Assembly: GCA_000993405.1 (NCBI GenBank)
Contig: LBWB01000008.1
Location: 26,325-90,324, forward strand
Source: Candidatus Woesebacteria bacterium GW2011_GWB1_39_12
GTDB taxonomy: Bacteria > Patescibacteriota > Microgenomatia > UBA8517
DNA length: 64,000 nt
Direction of reading: 5' to 3'
Both the position numbers and the translations under genes were made by a program. Below, in pieces: positions 28,093-37,849 of this stretch. The notes below the pieces were generated by a model. That model did not search any database. It had not been told where the DNA came from and was given only the letters and a program-made list of their open reading frames with translations. Position 1 is the stretch's first letter. Each line of letters begins with the position of its first letter.

Positions 28093-29316
28093 AGGTACAT
28101 TTCTACCTCTTGATCTTGTTTTTGCATGTTTTATCCTTATCTTCAAATCCGTTGCCGCATTCATAAACGATATAAATGCATCATAGGGACTTTCGTACGG
28201 GTTAAAATATTTATGAACATCCCCGTCGGAAAACCATTTCGTACACATATAGTAAAAATGGTCCGACGTCTGAAGTTTTCTCCAGTCGTCAATAAGGCGC
28301 TTATCATTTGTTTCCAAGACATTATTTTCCAAAGAATATATAAGTTTAATCGCAGATTTTTGTATCGAATTTCCAACCCAAGCTGATAAATCGCGTTCCG
28401 TATCCGCCCAGGTCACTATATAGGGAACGTCAATTTCGTCCATCACGGGATATTTTTTTACAGCATCACTTGGGGTTATAAAGTCATTATCAGGATGCTT
28501 CAGAATTTCCTTTGGAAGTTCTTCTAAAAAATCGAAGATTCCGGTTTCTGCCCACTGATGTTCACCGAAAGTCTCATAATCCATGAAAAGGTTGACCACT
28601 TGTCCGTTCCCATTGATGTCAGATACCCATTTCCCGAACTTTTCTGAAGTCAAAGGCCATTCCTTCCAGGTTTTTTCCGAAAATCTGAAGGCTAAATCAT
28701 CCGAAAGTTTATAGTTTTTAAGAAGAAGCTTAATTTTTTTCGCCCCCTTCGGTTTGTAAACAAAATTTGGGCTACGCCAACCCAAAAAAGAATCCCAGCC
28801 TTCGGCTAAAATTGCTTTATATCCCGCCTTATCCGCCCATTTGGCAAGTTCATTTGTGTAAGCCAATTCTGTATTTCTGAAAACAGACGGTGTAATTCCG
28901 AAAATTTCCATAATTTTTTCTTTGTGAAACTTGACCTGCGACTCAAACTCCAAAGTGGAATAAAAAAAGGCCAAAGAGTGATAATAGGTTTCAGAAAGGA
29001 TCTCAACCCTCCCCGAATCGACAAGTTTCTTAAAAGAGTTCAATACTTTCTTATGGTTTTTCTCAAACTGCTCCAATATGACTCCAGAAAATGAGAAAGA
29101 AATCTTAAACTGAGGATATTTCTTCAAAAGACCTAAAAGCAGTTCGTTTGCGGGTAAATATGACTTTTCCGATACTTTGGAAAGAATTTTATTATTATTT
29201 AAGTTTGTATCCGAATTATCGTTAAAATACTCATGATCCAAACCAACATCAAACACCCTGTAGCGCTTTACGCGCAAAGGCTGATGTACTTGAAAATAAA
29301 GACATATCGATGGCAT
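28036..29316 (-). CDS. GH57 alpha-amylase-like protein
   Basis: YFQVHQP, ETYYHSL, FRNTELAY, FMDYETFGEHQW, LQTSDHFYYM. Confidence 0.93.
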   Translation of the reverse strand: MPSICLYFQVHQPLRVKRYRVFDVGLDHEYFNDNSDTNLNNNKILSKVSEKSYLPANELLLGLLKKYPQFKISFSFSGVILEQFEKNHKKVLNSFKKLVDSGRVEILSETYYHSLAFFYSTLEFESQVKFHKEKIMEIFGITPSVFRNTELAYTNELAKWADKAGYKAILAEGWDSFLGWRSPNFVYKPKGAKKIKLLLKNYKLSDDLAFRFSEKTWKEWPLTSEKFGKWVSDINGNGQVVNLFMDYETFGEHQWAETGIFDFLEELPKEILKHPDNDFITPSDAVKKYPVMDEIDVPYIVTWADTERDLSAWVGNSIQKSAIKLIYSLENNVLETNDKRLIDDWRKLQTSDHFYYMCTKWFSDGDVHKYFNPYESPYDAFISFMNAATDLKIRIKHAKTRSRGRNVPKITNDKLQMSSQTKYLNE

Positions 29317-29319
29317 AAC

Positions 29320-29583
29320 TTAAAAAATTTCCAATTTCCAATGGTTCGACAAGCTCACCATCCCGAGCGAAGTCGAGGGATTTCCAATTTCCAATAAATT
29401 TTTAAAATTCAAAAAATGTGAGGCAATCTTTTTGAAGAAGACTTCGCAGCCAAGCTTGTAAGCACTTTTTTTTAAATTCAGATTGTAGAGCTTGGCGAGA
29501 ACTTCAGGCACCGCCATGGAATCATTTATCTTAATAAGTAAAGACGGGCGAGTGCCGTTTCTGAAAAAAGTATTGCCGAACAT
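29320..29583 (-). CDS. Small hypothetical protein whose 3' end contains a REP-like insert
   Basis: Fills the gap between GT4 and GH57 on the same strand; tail PSTSLGMVSLSNH is repeat-encoded. Confidence 0.4.
   Translation of the reverse strand: MFGNTFFRNGTRPSLLIKINDSMAVPEVLAKLYNLNLKKSAYKLGCEVFFKKIASHFLNFKNLLEIGNPSTSLGMVSLSNHWKLEIF
29341..29380. repeat. REP-like palindromic element embedded in a heptamer array
   Basis: ATGGTTCGACAAGCTCACCATCCCGAGCGAAGTCGAGGGA flanked by (TTTCCAA)n on both sides. Confidence 0.65.
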
Positions 29584-29597
29584 AATAGTTGTGATTA

Positions 29598-30791
29598 TTA
29601 AACAAGTTGGTTGTAAACACTTAACACTTCATCTGCCGCTCGGGACCAGCTAAAGTAGCTAATCTCTTTTTCGCTTTCAGTTTTCAGGTTATCTTTCAGG
29701 CTCCTGTGTCTTAAGACCGCGACAATCTTATTAGCCATTTCGTCAACATCCCAAAAATCGCACTTCAGTGCGTTTTTCAGTATTTCGGAAACTCCTGATT
29801 GTTTTGAAATTAAAACCGGAGTTCCATTGACTACCGACTCCAAGGCAGTAATACCGAAAGGTTCCGAAACCGAAGGCATAACATAAAGGTCAGCCGCCTG
29901 AAAAATCCTGTCTCTCTCATCTCCCCTTAAGAATCCGGTAAAAATAAATTTATCAAGAATACCCGCGTTCGCTGCTTCGGACATCATCTGACCTTCCATA
30001 TCTCCCGATCCTGTTACAACAAATATTACCTTGGGGAAATATTGGGACGCGATTTTTGCAGCTCGCACAAAATATTCGGGACCCTTTTGTATTGTAATCC
30101 TGCCCAAGTAGAGTACTATCTTATAACCTATTTTCTTAAATGCAGTCAAAGATGGAGGAAGATTTTTTCGGTTATCATCAACTCCGTTGTAAACAATCTC
30201 GATTTTATCGGCATTTATCCCATACTTATCTTTAATTATTTCCTTCATGTATCCTCCAACGGGTAGGATCCTTTCTGCTTCTTCGAATCCTTTTTTCTCA
30301 ATTTCATAAACGGCAGGGTTGGGATTATTTCCGCCCGTCCGGTTATATTCCGTCGAATGAACATGAACAACAAGGGGCTTATTAAGTATTTGTTTTGCAA
30401 CTATAGCAGCTGGATATGTCAGCCAATCGTGAGCATGAATGACATCAATACTATTATTAAGATGTTTCAATAAAAGTTTTACTTTTTCTGCAAACTTTAA
30501 GGAAGAAGACACATAGTCCTGAAAACCTGGTGCGCTATCAACCGGAAAAAGTCTGGACCAGGAAGTTCTGGTTGTGTATACCGAGACAAGAGCTTCGCTT
30601 GCTTCATCTACGTCGGCAAAAATAAGGTTCAGAAAATCGACTTTTAAATCGAGTCGTTTAGGTAAAATAAAAGTTATGCCGACACCCTTTTTACTGAGGG
30701 CGCGCGTTAGACCTACACAAGCCTCGCCCAAACCTCCGCTATTAAAAGGAGGCCCCCACTCCCATCCCAACATCAATACTTTCGGAGGCAT
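29598..30791 (-). CDS. GT4 glycosyltransferase (glycogen-synthase-like)
   Basis: MLGWE..P.NSGGLG, IHAHDWLT, HSTEY, QKGPEYF, EPFGITALE. Confidence 0.92.
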   Translation of the reverse strand: MPPKVLMLGWEWGPPFNSGGLGEACVGLTRALSKKGVGITFILPKRLDLKVDFLNLIFADVDEASEALVSVYTTRTSWSRLFPVDSAPGFQDYVSSSLKFAEKVKLLLKHLNNSIDVIHAHDWLTYPAAIVAKQILNKPLVVHVHSTEYNRTGGNNPNPAVYEIEKKGFEEAERILPVGGYMKEIIKDKYGINADKIEIVYNGVDDNRKNLPPSLTAFKKIGYKIVLYLGRITIQKGPEYFVRAAKIASQYFPKVIFVVTGSGDMEGQMMSEAANAGILDKFIFTGFLRGDERDRIFQAADLYVMPSVSEPFGITALESVVNGTPVLISKQSGVSEILKNALKCDFWDVDEMANKIVAVLRHRSLKDNLKTESEKEISYFSWSRAADEVLSVYNQLV

Positions 30792-30927
30792 ATAATTACG
30801 TATTACGAAATACCGCTACGGCGGTACATTACTTTAACTTCAATACCATAGTAGCAGGGTTTTGAATACAAATAAAAGGGGCAATTTTAATAAATTGTGA
30901 AGCTAACGGTACATTTTTAAAAATTAT

Positions 30928-31128
30928 TTACAAAGATCCTTGTTTGGCATGACTTTCTAATACTTTTTTTATCTCTTCCAGTTGTGATTGATCCTTATTT
31001 TTTAGACTATTCCAGAGATTCTTACACTCTTCACAACTTCCGGCATCCCTTAAGTAAGTGTCATATTTGGATACAGCCTGAGCTTTTTTAGTCAGGGATT
31101 TAATAAGATTATACGTATGATTATTCAC
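30928..31128 (-). CDS. Small two-helix (half-ferritin-like) protein with CxxC
   Basis: AGGTGGTG SD before GTG; N..YNL...L..KA.....Y..Y..DA..CEEC..LW. Confidence 0.7.
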   Translation of the reverse strand: MNNHTYNLIKSLTKKAQAVSKYDTYLRDAGSCEECKNLWNSLKNKDQSQLEEIKKVLESHAKQGSL

Positions 31129-31157
31129 TCTTTTTCACCACCTTTGTAATTTACACT

Positions 31158-33617
31158 TCAAGTTGTCTTCTCGATCCGGTATTCCTCTTTTCCTTCCCCG
31201 GGTAGAAGTTTTATTTTATCTCCTTCTCTTACTTCCTCTTTTAATATTGCTCTTCCGATAAGGTCCCCTAATACAATGTTCAAAATCCTTTTCATGGGTC
31301 TTGCACCGAATGCAGGATCATACCCATCTTTAGCCAGTTTCTGGGCAGTATCATCCGTAACCGTGAGCATAATGTTTTTCTTTTTAAGATTTTCGGCAAG
31401 TTCTGCAAGCATTAGGTGGGCAATTTTGACAAGGTCATCTGGTTTTAAAGGTTCGTAAACAACCACTCCGTCAAATCTATTTAAAAACTCGGGAGAAAAT
31501 ATTTCTTTTTCCAAAACATAGTTCACAACAGATTTCTGAAGATCCTCACCTGCAACTGTCTTATTAACGAGTTGTCTAACGTATTCGGCACCCGCATTTG
31601 AGGTTCCTATAACAAAAAGGTGACGACAGATAATCTTTTTGCCAAAAGCATCGGTTATAACTCCCTCATCAAGAAGCGACAAGAAAAGGTTGTAAATTTC
31701 TTTTGTAGCCTTCTCAATCTCGTCCAGAAGAAGCAAACTTGCAGGTTTGTTTTTTATGGCAGTCGTTAATGCACCCGGCATATTCTTTGAAACAGAACCG
31801 ATTAACCTTTCCAGACCTTCTTTCCCGGAATATTCTGCCATATCGAATCGCAGAATATTTTCGCTAGTTCCATAGTAAACATTGGCCAAAACTTTGGCTG
31901 TTTCGGTCTTCCCAACTCCGGTCGGACCCAAAAAAAGAAATGATCCCAAAGGCCTATCCTCTTTGATCACTCCAACGGTTTTTGCCCGAAGCGTCTTCCC
32001 TATAAGATTAATGGCAACATCCTGATCAATCAGTCTTTCATGAATAATGTCTTCAATTTTCTCAAGTCTCTTTTTCTCCTCGCCGGTAAGTCTTGCAAAT
32101 GATATTCCAGTTTTTTCGGCCAAGACGGCGTCTGCATCATCGATTATTACAACTCCTCCACCTTGTTGTTCTTTAAAAGAAATAACCGCATCTAAAAGCT
32201 CTAATGCTTTTTCCGGAAACGGAACCTCGGTGATATATCGGTCGGATTCCTCGAGAATATGTCGCAAGGAGGGCATTGTGATTATTAATCCTGTGAGTAA
32301 CTCCCAACGTTTGGCTGCATCAATAAGTATTTGCATTGCTTCATCCTTTGAGGGAGGAGTAACTTCCACTTTTTCTAAAAATTTTCTTATCCTCAAGTTT
32401 CCCGCAATAAATCTCTCGTATTCTGTGTTTGTCGAAACAGCAATAATTTTTAAAGCTCTTTTTTCAAGATAGCCTTCGATTACGTCCGTGAAATCATATC
32501 CTTCGACGTCGGGATTAATAAGCCTTTGGATATCTCGAACCATGAGAATTATATTTCCGGCGGACGACGCCTCCGCCAAAATTTCTGCAAGCTCCGTTTT
32601 TTTCTTGTTAACATCCGTCGCCTTCGATAGAAGTGCATTATAATCAAACTCCAGTACTCTCTTGAAAGCCATTTCCCTACCTAGTTCTCCGCTTGCCACA
32701 CGTCTCGCGAACTCCAAAACAACGGTTTTTTTACCAACCCCAGGCTGCCCCATCAAAAGAACGCTGCTTCCTGCGGCAAGTATCCTTTCCATTCGGGAAA
32801 CTATTTGACCCCTTCCTATCAACCGGTGGGAAAAAGATTGGGGAAGACTTAAATCAACTGAATATTGGTTAAGTACGGGTGTATAACCAAAAGTAAGTTC
32901 AAGTGCAATACCCGGCCTACCGAAATAAGGTTCGTCAAAAGACGTTTCTTCCTGCTCCCTTCTGTCCCACCAGCTTGCAGCCAAAATTAAATCTTCAGGT
33001 GTGATTTCTTTTTTGTTGAAAAAATCTGATCTCCAAACATTATTTTTAACAAGGTAGGTTATAATTTCTTCAAAAGATTCAAAAGATTCTTTCCCAAATG
33101 TTGCTTTTTCCATGTTGGCATTTTGCAAAAATTCCTCAAGATTTACATTTGTATGAGAAAGCATGAAAGTACCAGCCGTACTTCCCAAAATTGCATTTAA
33201 AGGGTCGAGTTTCTCCGATTTTATTTTAAAGAGAAGCTCGCTTATATAATTCTTAACCTGTTTTTTGTATCTCGAATAAACAGAAAGGCCGAAAAAAGGC
33301 ATGATAACCCAAAAGACTAACCCAATTGCTCCGCCGATAAACCCAAAGATTATCAATATAAGACCAATCCAAAACAAAATAAAGCGAACCATGGCTCCAA
33401 CACCTCTTGAAACGAGATTAAAAGTAAATGCCTCAAACTTTTTCTGAAAATTAAAACCTGGAGTTGTATCGACTACAATCATCCTTTTCCAGGGCGAAAA
33501 AAGGGTTTTAAGAAGAAGTGGTAACGAAAAATAGTGGGTAAACCAATTGACAGTTGAAAGCCAACTTTTTACATAGTAATTAATCCCTTTCGTATAATGC
33601 CAGGCAAGAAATTCCAT
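31158..33617 (-). CDS. Clp/Hsp100-type AAA+ ATPase with N-terminal membrane domain
   Basis: NBD2 GPTGVGKT, LLLLDEIEKA, PEFLNRFD, FGARPMKR; degenerate NBD1. Start moved to ATG 33617 because the upstream extension is repeat-derived. Confidence 0.9.
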   Translation of the reverse strand: MEFLAWHYTKGINYYVKSWLSTVNWFTHYFSLPLLLKTLFSPWKRMIVVDTTPGFNFQKKFEAFTFNLVSRGVGAMVRFILFWIGLILIIFGFIGGAIGLVFWVIMPFFGLSVYSRYKKQVKNYISELLFKIKSEKLDPLNAILGSTAGTFMLSHTNVNLEEFLQNANMEKATFGKESFESFEEIITYLVKNNVWRSDFFNKKEITPEDLILAASWWDRREQEETSFDEPYFGRPGIALELTFGYTPVLNQYSVDLSLPQSFSHRLIGRGQIVSRMERILAAGSSVLLMGQPGVGKKTVVLEFARRVASGELGREMAFKRVLEFDYNALLSKATDVNKKKTELAEILAEASSAGNIILMVRDIQRLINPDVEGYDFTDVIEGYLEKRALKIIAVSTNTEYERFIAGNLRIRKFLEKVEVTPPSKDEAMQILIDAAKRWELLTGLIITMPSLRHILEESDRYITEVPFPEKALELLDAVISFKEQQGGGVVIIDDADAVLAEKTGISFARLTGEEKKRLEKIEDIIHERLIDQDVAINLIGKTLRAKTVGVIKEDRPLGSFLFLGPTGVGKTETAKVLANVYYGTSENILRFDMAEYSGKEGLERLIGSVSKNMPGALTTAIKNKPASLLLLDEIEKATKEIYNLFLSLLDEGVITDAFGKKIICRHLFVIGTSNAGAEYVRQLVNKTVAGEDLQKSVVNYVLEKEIFSPEFLNRFDGVVVYEPLKPDDLVKIAHLMLAELAENLKKKNIMLTVTDDTAQKLAKDGYDPAFGARPMKRILNIVLGDLIGRAILKEEVREGDKIKLLPGEGKEEYRIEKTT

Positions 33618-33638
33618 GATAATACCATGATAACATTT

Positions 33639-33712
33639 ATGACGTCCTCCCCGCACTAAAAGTGCTGGATCCCACCAATAGGAAGACGGCATATTAATGT
33701 TCGATTCATCTC
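33639..33712 (-). mobile_element. PATE-like element copy 2, core and right end
   Basis: Minus strand GAGATGAATCGAAC...TCCAGCACT-TTT-AGTGCGGGGAGGACGTCAT. Confidence 0.65.
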
Positions 33713-33780
33713 AAGCCTGCTGAATAAATTTAGCTTCAAAACAACGAAAAATCAGAGGGTGGATAAAGGGAAGTTCGAAC

Positions 33781-35157
33781 TTATTTACTATTTTGAATCA
33801 CTTTGACTTGGCAAAGCTCTTGTAATCCATGAATACCTCTTTCCCTACCTATCCCAGAATCTTTGTAACCTCCAAAAGGATCGCACGCCAAAAATCTGGA
33901 TTCATAATTTATTGATATAGTTCCGGCATCAATTTTTGCAGCAACTCTTTCGGCTCTTTTTAAGTCTGCCGACATCACTCTTCCTGTAAGTCCATAAGCT
34001 GTATCGTTTGTAAGTTCGATAGCTTCTTTTTCATTTTTGAAAGTGACAATTGGAAATAACGGACCAAAAACTTCTTCTTTCCATACCCTCATATTTTTCT
34101 TAATGTTGGTTAAAAGAGTTGGAGGAAAAAATGCACCTTTTAAACCTTTTGGGATTTTCGTTTGAGCGACAATCACGGCTCCTTTATCAAGAGCATCTTG
34201 CAGTTGTTCTTTTATCAAAACCAATTGACGCTTTGCAACCAGACTCCCAAGATCGGTGCTTACACTTAAAGGATCTCCTATTTTTTGTTTTTCAACAATG
34301 TTAGAAAGCACAGCAGTTAATTTACCTTCAACTCCTTCATGGACAATCAGTCTTTTTAGAGCACTGCACACCTGGCCGCAGTGACGAAACCTCCCACCAA
34401 AAATTACCGGGGCAGCTAAGTCTATATTAATGTCATCAAAGACTACACAAGGACTGGAACCCCCCATTTCCAAAACAACTTTTATAAATTTATCTGCTGC
34501 AGTTTTATAAAGAGATTTTCCTGTTCTTGTGCTTCCAGTAAACCAAATCAAGTTAATATCACTTTCTGAAAGCTTTTTACCAACATATCCCGCACCATAC
34601 ACCTCCGAAAACACACTTTCTGGAAGTTTATGGTTGAGAATTATCTCTTCCATCAATTTCCCAACCATAGGACTTTCTTCTGAAATCTTGAATACTACAG
34701 GGTTTCCCACTACTAAATTAGGAAATATTCCCCAAACAGACATTCCAAATGGAAAATTCCAAGGAGCAATACACGCTGCAACTCCGGTTGGCTCATATAC
34801 TATTCGATGAATTGATTTTTCATCATCTAGAGTTATTTCATCAGCTAAAGCTCTCGGTCCATTTTCTAAAAACCAGCTCAGCTCATCTGTATACCTTGTT
34901 ACTTCGGAAATACTTTCAGTAATTACTTTGCCAGTTTCAATACTTATTAGTTTGGCTATTTCGTCTTTCCTATCCCTAAATTCATCTCTAATGGGTTCTA
35001 GAAGTTTTACCCTGCCTTTTACACCTAATTCCTTCCAATAAGTTTTTACTTTTTGAGCTTTAGTAACTTTGGAAGCAATTTCAGAGTCAGTAGATACTTT
35101 AACTTTGCCGACGACTTTGTAATTTTCTGCGGGATTTGTTGAAATTAAATATGCCAT
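33781..35157 (-). CDS. NAD(P)-dependent aldehyde dehydrogenase
   Basis: IAPWNFP, FTGST, LEMGG, GQVC, EEVFGP, PFGGYKDSGIGRE. Confidence 0.95.
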   Translation of the reverse strand: MAYLISTNPAENYKVVGKVKVSTDSEIASKVTKAQKVKTYWKELGVKGRVKLLEPIRDEFRDRKDEIAKLISIETGKVITESISEVTRYTDELSWFLENGPRALADEITLDDEKSIHRIVYEPTGVAACIAPWNFPFGMSVWGIFPNLVVGNPVVFKISEESPMVGKLMEEIILNHKLPESVFSEVYGAGYVGKKLSESDINLIWFTGSTRTGKSLYKTAADKFIKVVLEMGGSSPCVVFDDINIDLAAPVIFGGRFRHCGQVCSALKRLIVHEGVEGKLTAVLSNIVEKQKIGDPLSVSTDLGSLVAKRQLVLIKEQLQDALDKGAVIVAQTKIPKGLKGAFFPPTLLTNIKKNMRVWKEEVFGPLFPIVTFKNEKEAIELTNDTAYGLTGRVMSADLKRAERVAAKIDAGTISINYESRFLACDPFGGYKDSGIGRERGIHGLQELCQVKVIQNSK

Positions 35158-35262
35158 ATTACAAAGGCATTATATATTGATTGCTAGTATTTTGTAATAT
35201 TTAGTTACATATTGGAGTTTTAAATTTGTGCGTAAAAAGTTCGAATACTTTCCATCCAGCCA

Positions 35263-35291
35263 TGAACCCCGGAGTTTTCTCGAATACTGCT
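35263..35291 (-). mobile_element. PATE-like element left-end half (partner of 33639-33712)
   Basis: Minus strand TTAT|AGCAGTATTCGAGAAAACTCCGGGGTTCA matches the left ends of copies 1 and 3. Confidence 0.6.
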
Positions 35292-35412
35292 ATAATTTTA
35301 TCTTCGAATCAAACGAAAATGTTTTACAATTCACCTTGTTTGAGGAAATCCGAACATAGTTTGTTATTCGCATTCACTCGTATATTTACATCGCTTTTGT
35401 TACAATCAAAAA

Positions 35413-36603
35413 ATGCTTAAACCGACCGATTGGATTATCGACGAACTTGAAAATCTCAAAAACCAAGGGCTTCTTATAAATATCCGAACTATCGAATCTC
35501 CAATGGGCTCCAAAATCAAAGTTAATGGAGAATGGGTTTTGAATTTTTGCTCGAATAACTACTTAGGATTGGCTAATGACTCCCGACTTAAGAAAGCTGC
35601 AAAAGAGGCAATTGATAAATACGGCATCGGACCAACTGCGGTTAGGACTATTGCAGGAACAACCGAGCTTCATCTAAAACTTGAAAAGGCTCTTGCAAAA
35701 TTCAAAAAGGTTGAAGATGTTATAACTTTTCAGTCTGGATTCAACGCGAATATAGCAACAATTCCGACACTTGTCGATGAGGGGGGTTTAATTTTTTCAG
35801 ACGAGCTAAATCACGCAAGCATAATTGACGCCTGCCGCTTGTCTAAAGCAGAAGTTGTGAGGTACAAACATTGCGATCCAAAAGATCTAGAACATAAGTT
35901 ATTAGAAACTAAAAAACTTAAAAACTTAAAAACAAAAAAACTCATTGTCACTGATGGGGTATTTTCAATGGACGGAGATATTGCCCCACTTCCCGAAATT
36001 CAAAAATTATCTGAAAAATACGGATGTATTTTGATGGTTGATGACGCGCACGGAGAAGGAGTTTTGGGCAAAAACGGTCGCGGTGTTGTAGATTACTTCA
36101 ATCTGCATGGAAAGGTAGATCTCGAAATTGGAACAATGAGCAAGGCTTTTGGGGTAGTTGGAGGTTATGTTGCTGGAAGAAAAATAATTATTGATTGGCT
36201 AAGGCAACGCGCTCGTCCATTTCTCTTTTCTTCAGCTATGACTATTCCAGACGTTGCCGGCTGTCTTGCCGCAGTAAAAATTCTCAACAAATCTGACAAG
36301 CAAGTTGTAAAACTCTGGGAAAACACACGCTACTTTAAAAAAGGACTGGCTAAATTAGGGTTTGACATCGGAAAAAGCCAAACACCGATTGTTCCGGTCA
36401 TGCTTGGAGAAGCAAAACTTGCACAGGAATTCAGTAAGAAATTATTTGAAGAAGGAATTTTCGCTATGGCAATCGGCTACCCGACTGTCCCGCAAGGCAA
36501 AGCCCGAATCCGTGTAATGATGAGCGCAAGTCATTCCCGAAAAGAACTTGATATATGTCTTGATGCGTTTTCAAAAATAGGGGAAAAATTGGGTGTAATA
36601 TAG
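35413..36603 (+). CDS. kbl: Glycine C-acetyltransferase (2-amino-3-ketobutyrate CoA ligase)
   Basis: [54 protein letters not shown]; next to a TDH-like gene. Confidence 0.88.
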   Translation: MLKPTDWIIDELENLKNQGLLINIRTIESPMGSKIKVNGEWVLNFCSNNYLGLANDSRLKKAAKEAIDKYGIGPTAVRTIAGTTELHLKLEKALAKFKKVEDVITFQSGFNANIATIPTLVDEGGLIFSDELNHASIIDACRLSKAEVVRYKHCDPKDLEHKLLETKKLKNLKTKKLIVTDGVFSMDGDIAPLPEIQKLSEKYGCILMVDDAHGEGVLGKNGRGVVDYFNLHGKVDLEIGTMSKAFGVVGGYVAGRKIIIDWLRQRARPFLFSSAMTIPDVAGCLAAVKILNKSDKQVVKLWENTRYFKKGLAKLGFDIGKSQTPIVPVMLGEAKLAQEFSKKLFEEGIFAMAIGYPTVPQGKARIRVMMSASHSRKELDICLDAFSKIGEKLGVI

Positions 36604-37589
36604 AAATATGCCATGGTCTTATTCCTGCTCTTTCTGAATTAAAAAAATATAACATTGTTGCGCTCGATATCCGAGAACTCGATGACGCACTCAAACCTTT
36701 CGTTCATGAAACAATCGTGGCAGATATTTTGGATAAAAGCGTCATTGAAAATCTTCTGAAAGAACATAAAATTTCAGCCATCTTTCATTTGGCAGCACTC
36801 CTTTCTAGCGCAGCCGAAAAAGATCCCGAGCGTGCACACGAGGTAAATGTAAATGGAACCATGGCACTTCTTAGTAACACTCACCGTGTCGCTTCAAGCG
36901 AAAAAAGGGTAATTAAATTTATTTTCCCGAGCTCAATCGCGGTCTACGGCATCCCCAATATTGATACAAAAAACAGAGCAAAACCGGTCAACGAAGATGA
37001 ATTCAATACCCCAATTACAATGTATGGAATAAACAAACTTTATTGCGAAATGTTGGGAGAATATTACTTAAAGTATTACAAATCACTGAACACTGAACAC
37101 AGTTCACTTAATCTCGACTTTCGCTGTCTAAGGTTTCCCGGAATAATAAGTGCCTTGACTGTTCCTTCCGGTGGAACGAGCGACTATGCGCCGGAAATGA
37201 TTCACTCCGCAGCTCAAGGAAAAGGCTACGAAACATTTGTCCGTCCCGACACGATCATTCCCTTTATGGTAATGCCAGATGCCGTAAAAGCATTGATTCA
37301 ATTAAATGAAGTATCTAGAGAAAAGCTAACAAAAAATGTTTATAACGTAACGGCGTTCAGCACGACAGCGGGAGAGATCGCGGATCTTGTTAATAAAGTA
37401 TTTCCTGATTCTGCGATAAGTTATAAACCTGATTCAAACCGTCAAAAAATCGTCGACTCCTGGCCTTCCAATATTGACGATTCTGCTGCTCGAAAGGACT
37501 GGGGGTGGATTCCCGATTACGATATTCAAAAAGCTTTTAATGATTACTTAATTCCCGAAATACAAAATAGATACAATAATGAAAAATAA
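36603..37589 (+). pseudogene. SDR-type L-threonine 3-dehydrogenase, N-terminally truncated
   Basis: FHLAALLS, PSSIAVYG, MYGINK, GGTSDYA. The frame extends upstream to [10 protein letters not shown] but lacks an initiator ATG before it and lacks the TGxxG part of the Rossmann motif. Confidence 0.65.
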
Positions 37590-37849
37590 TGCCGCCAGAA
37601 ATTTTCCGCCAGAGGCGGACAGGGATTTCGACGAATTTTAATCCCGTGTGTTTTTTGACTTGCAATTGTCGAGTGAATTCAATGTGTTGCAAAAACCGCC
37701 CCTCAAAGTGTTTTGAGGTAAGCTTTTTGCATTTATGAACGAGATAATAAGCAATTCATAAAAACACTAGGGTGTATTTTCTTGATTACTTCTTTGTACA
37801 AGCAAAGAAGTAATAAGCTGTTTCTTTGGTAAGTAAAAAAGTAACAATT

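Noticed and set aside
33618-33692. N-terminal extension MPSSYWWD... of the Clp ATPase (and MSFSFRRD... at 41975-42025)
   Set aside because: Both are translations of the mini-element sequence, not conserved protein.
35239-35262. tRNA gene
   Set aside because: Only a degenerate T-arm/acceptor-like 3' fragment with no D or anticodon arm; treated as an att-like site.
37610-37849. tmRNA (GGATTTCGAC near the 5' end; short frame AKTAPQSVLR*)
   Set aside because: No GGGG acceptor start, no 3' T-arm/CCA, the tag lacks a hydrophobic AA end, and the space is too short.
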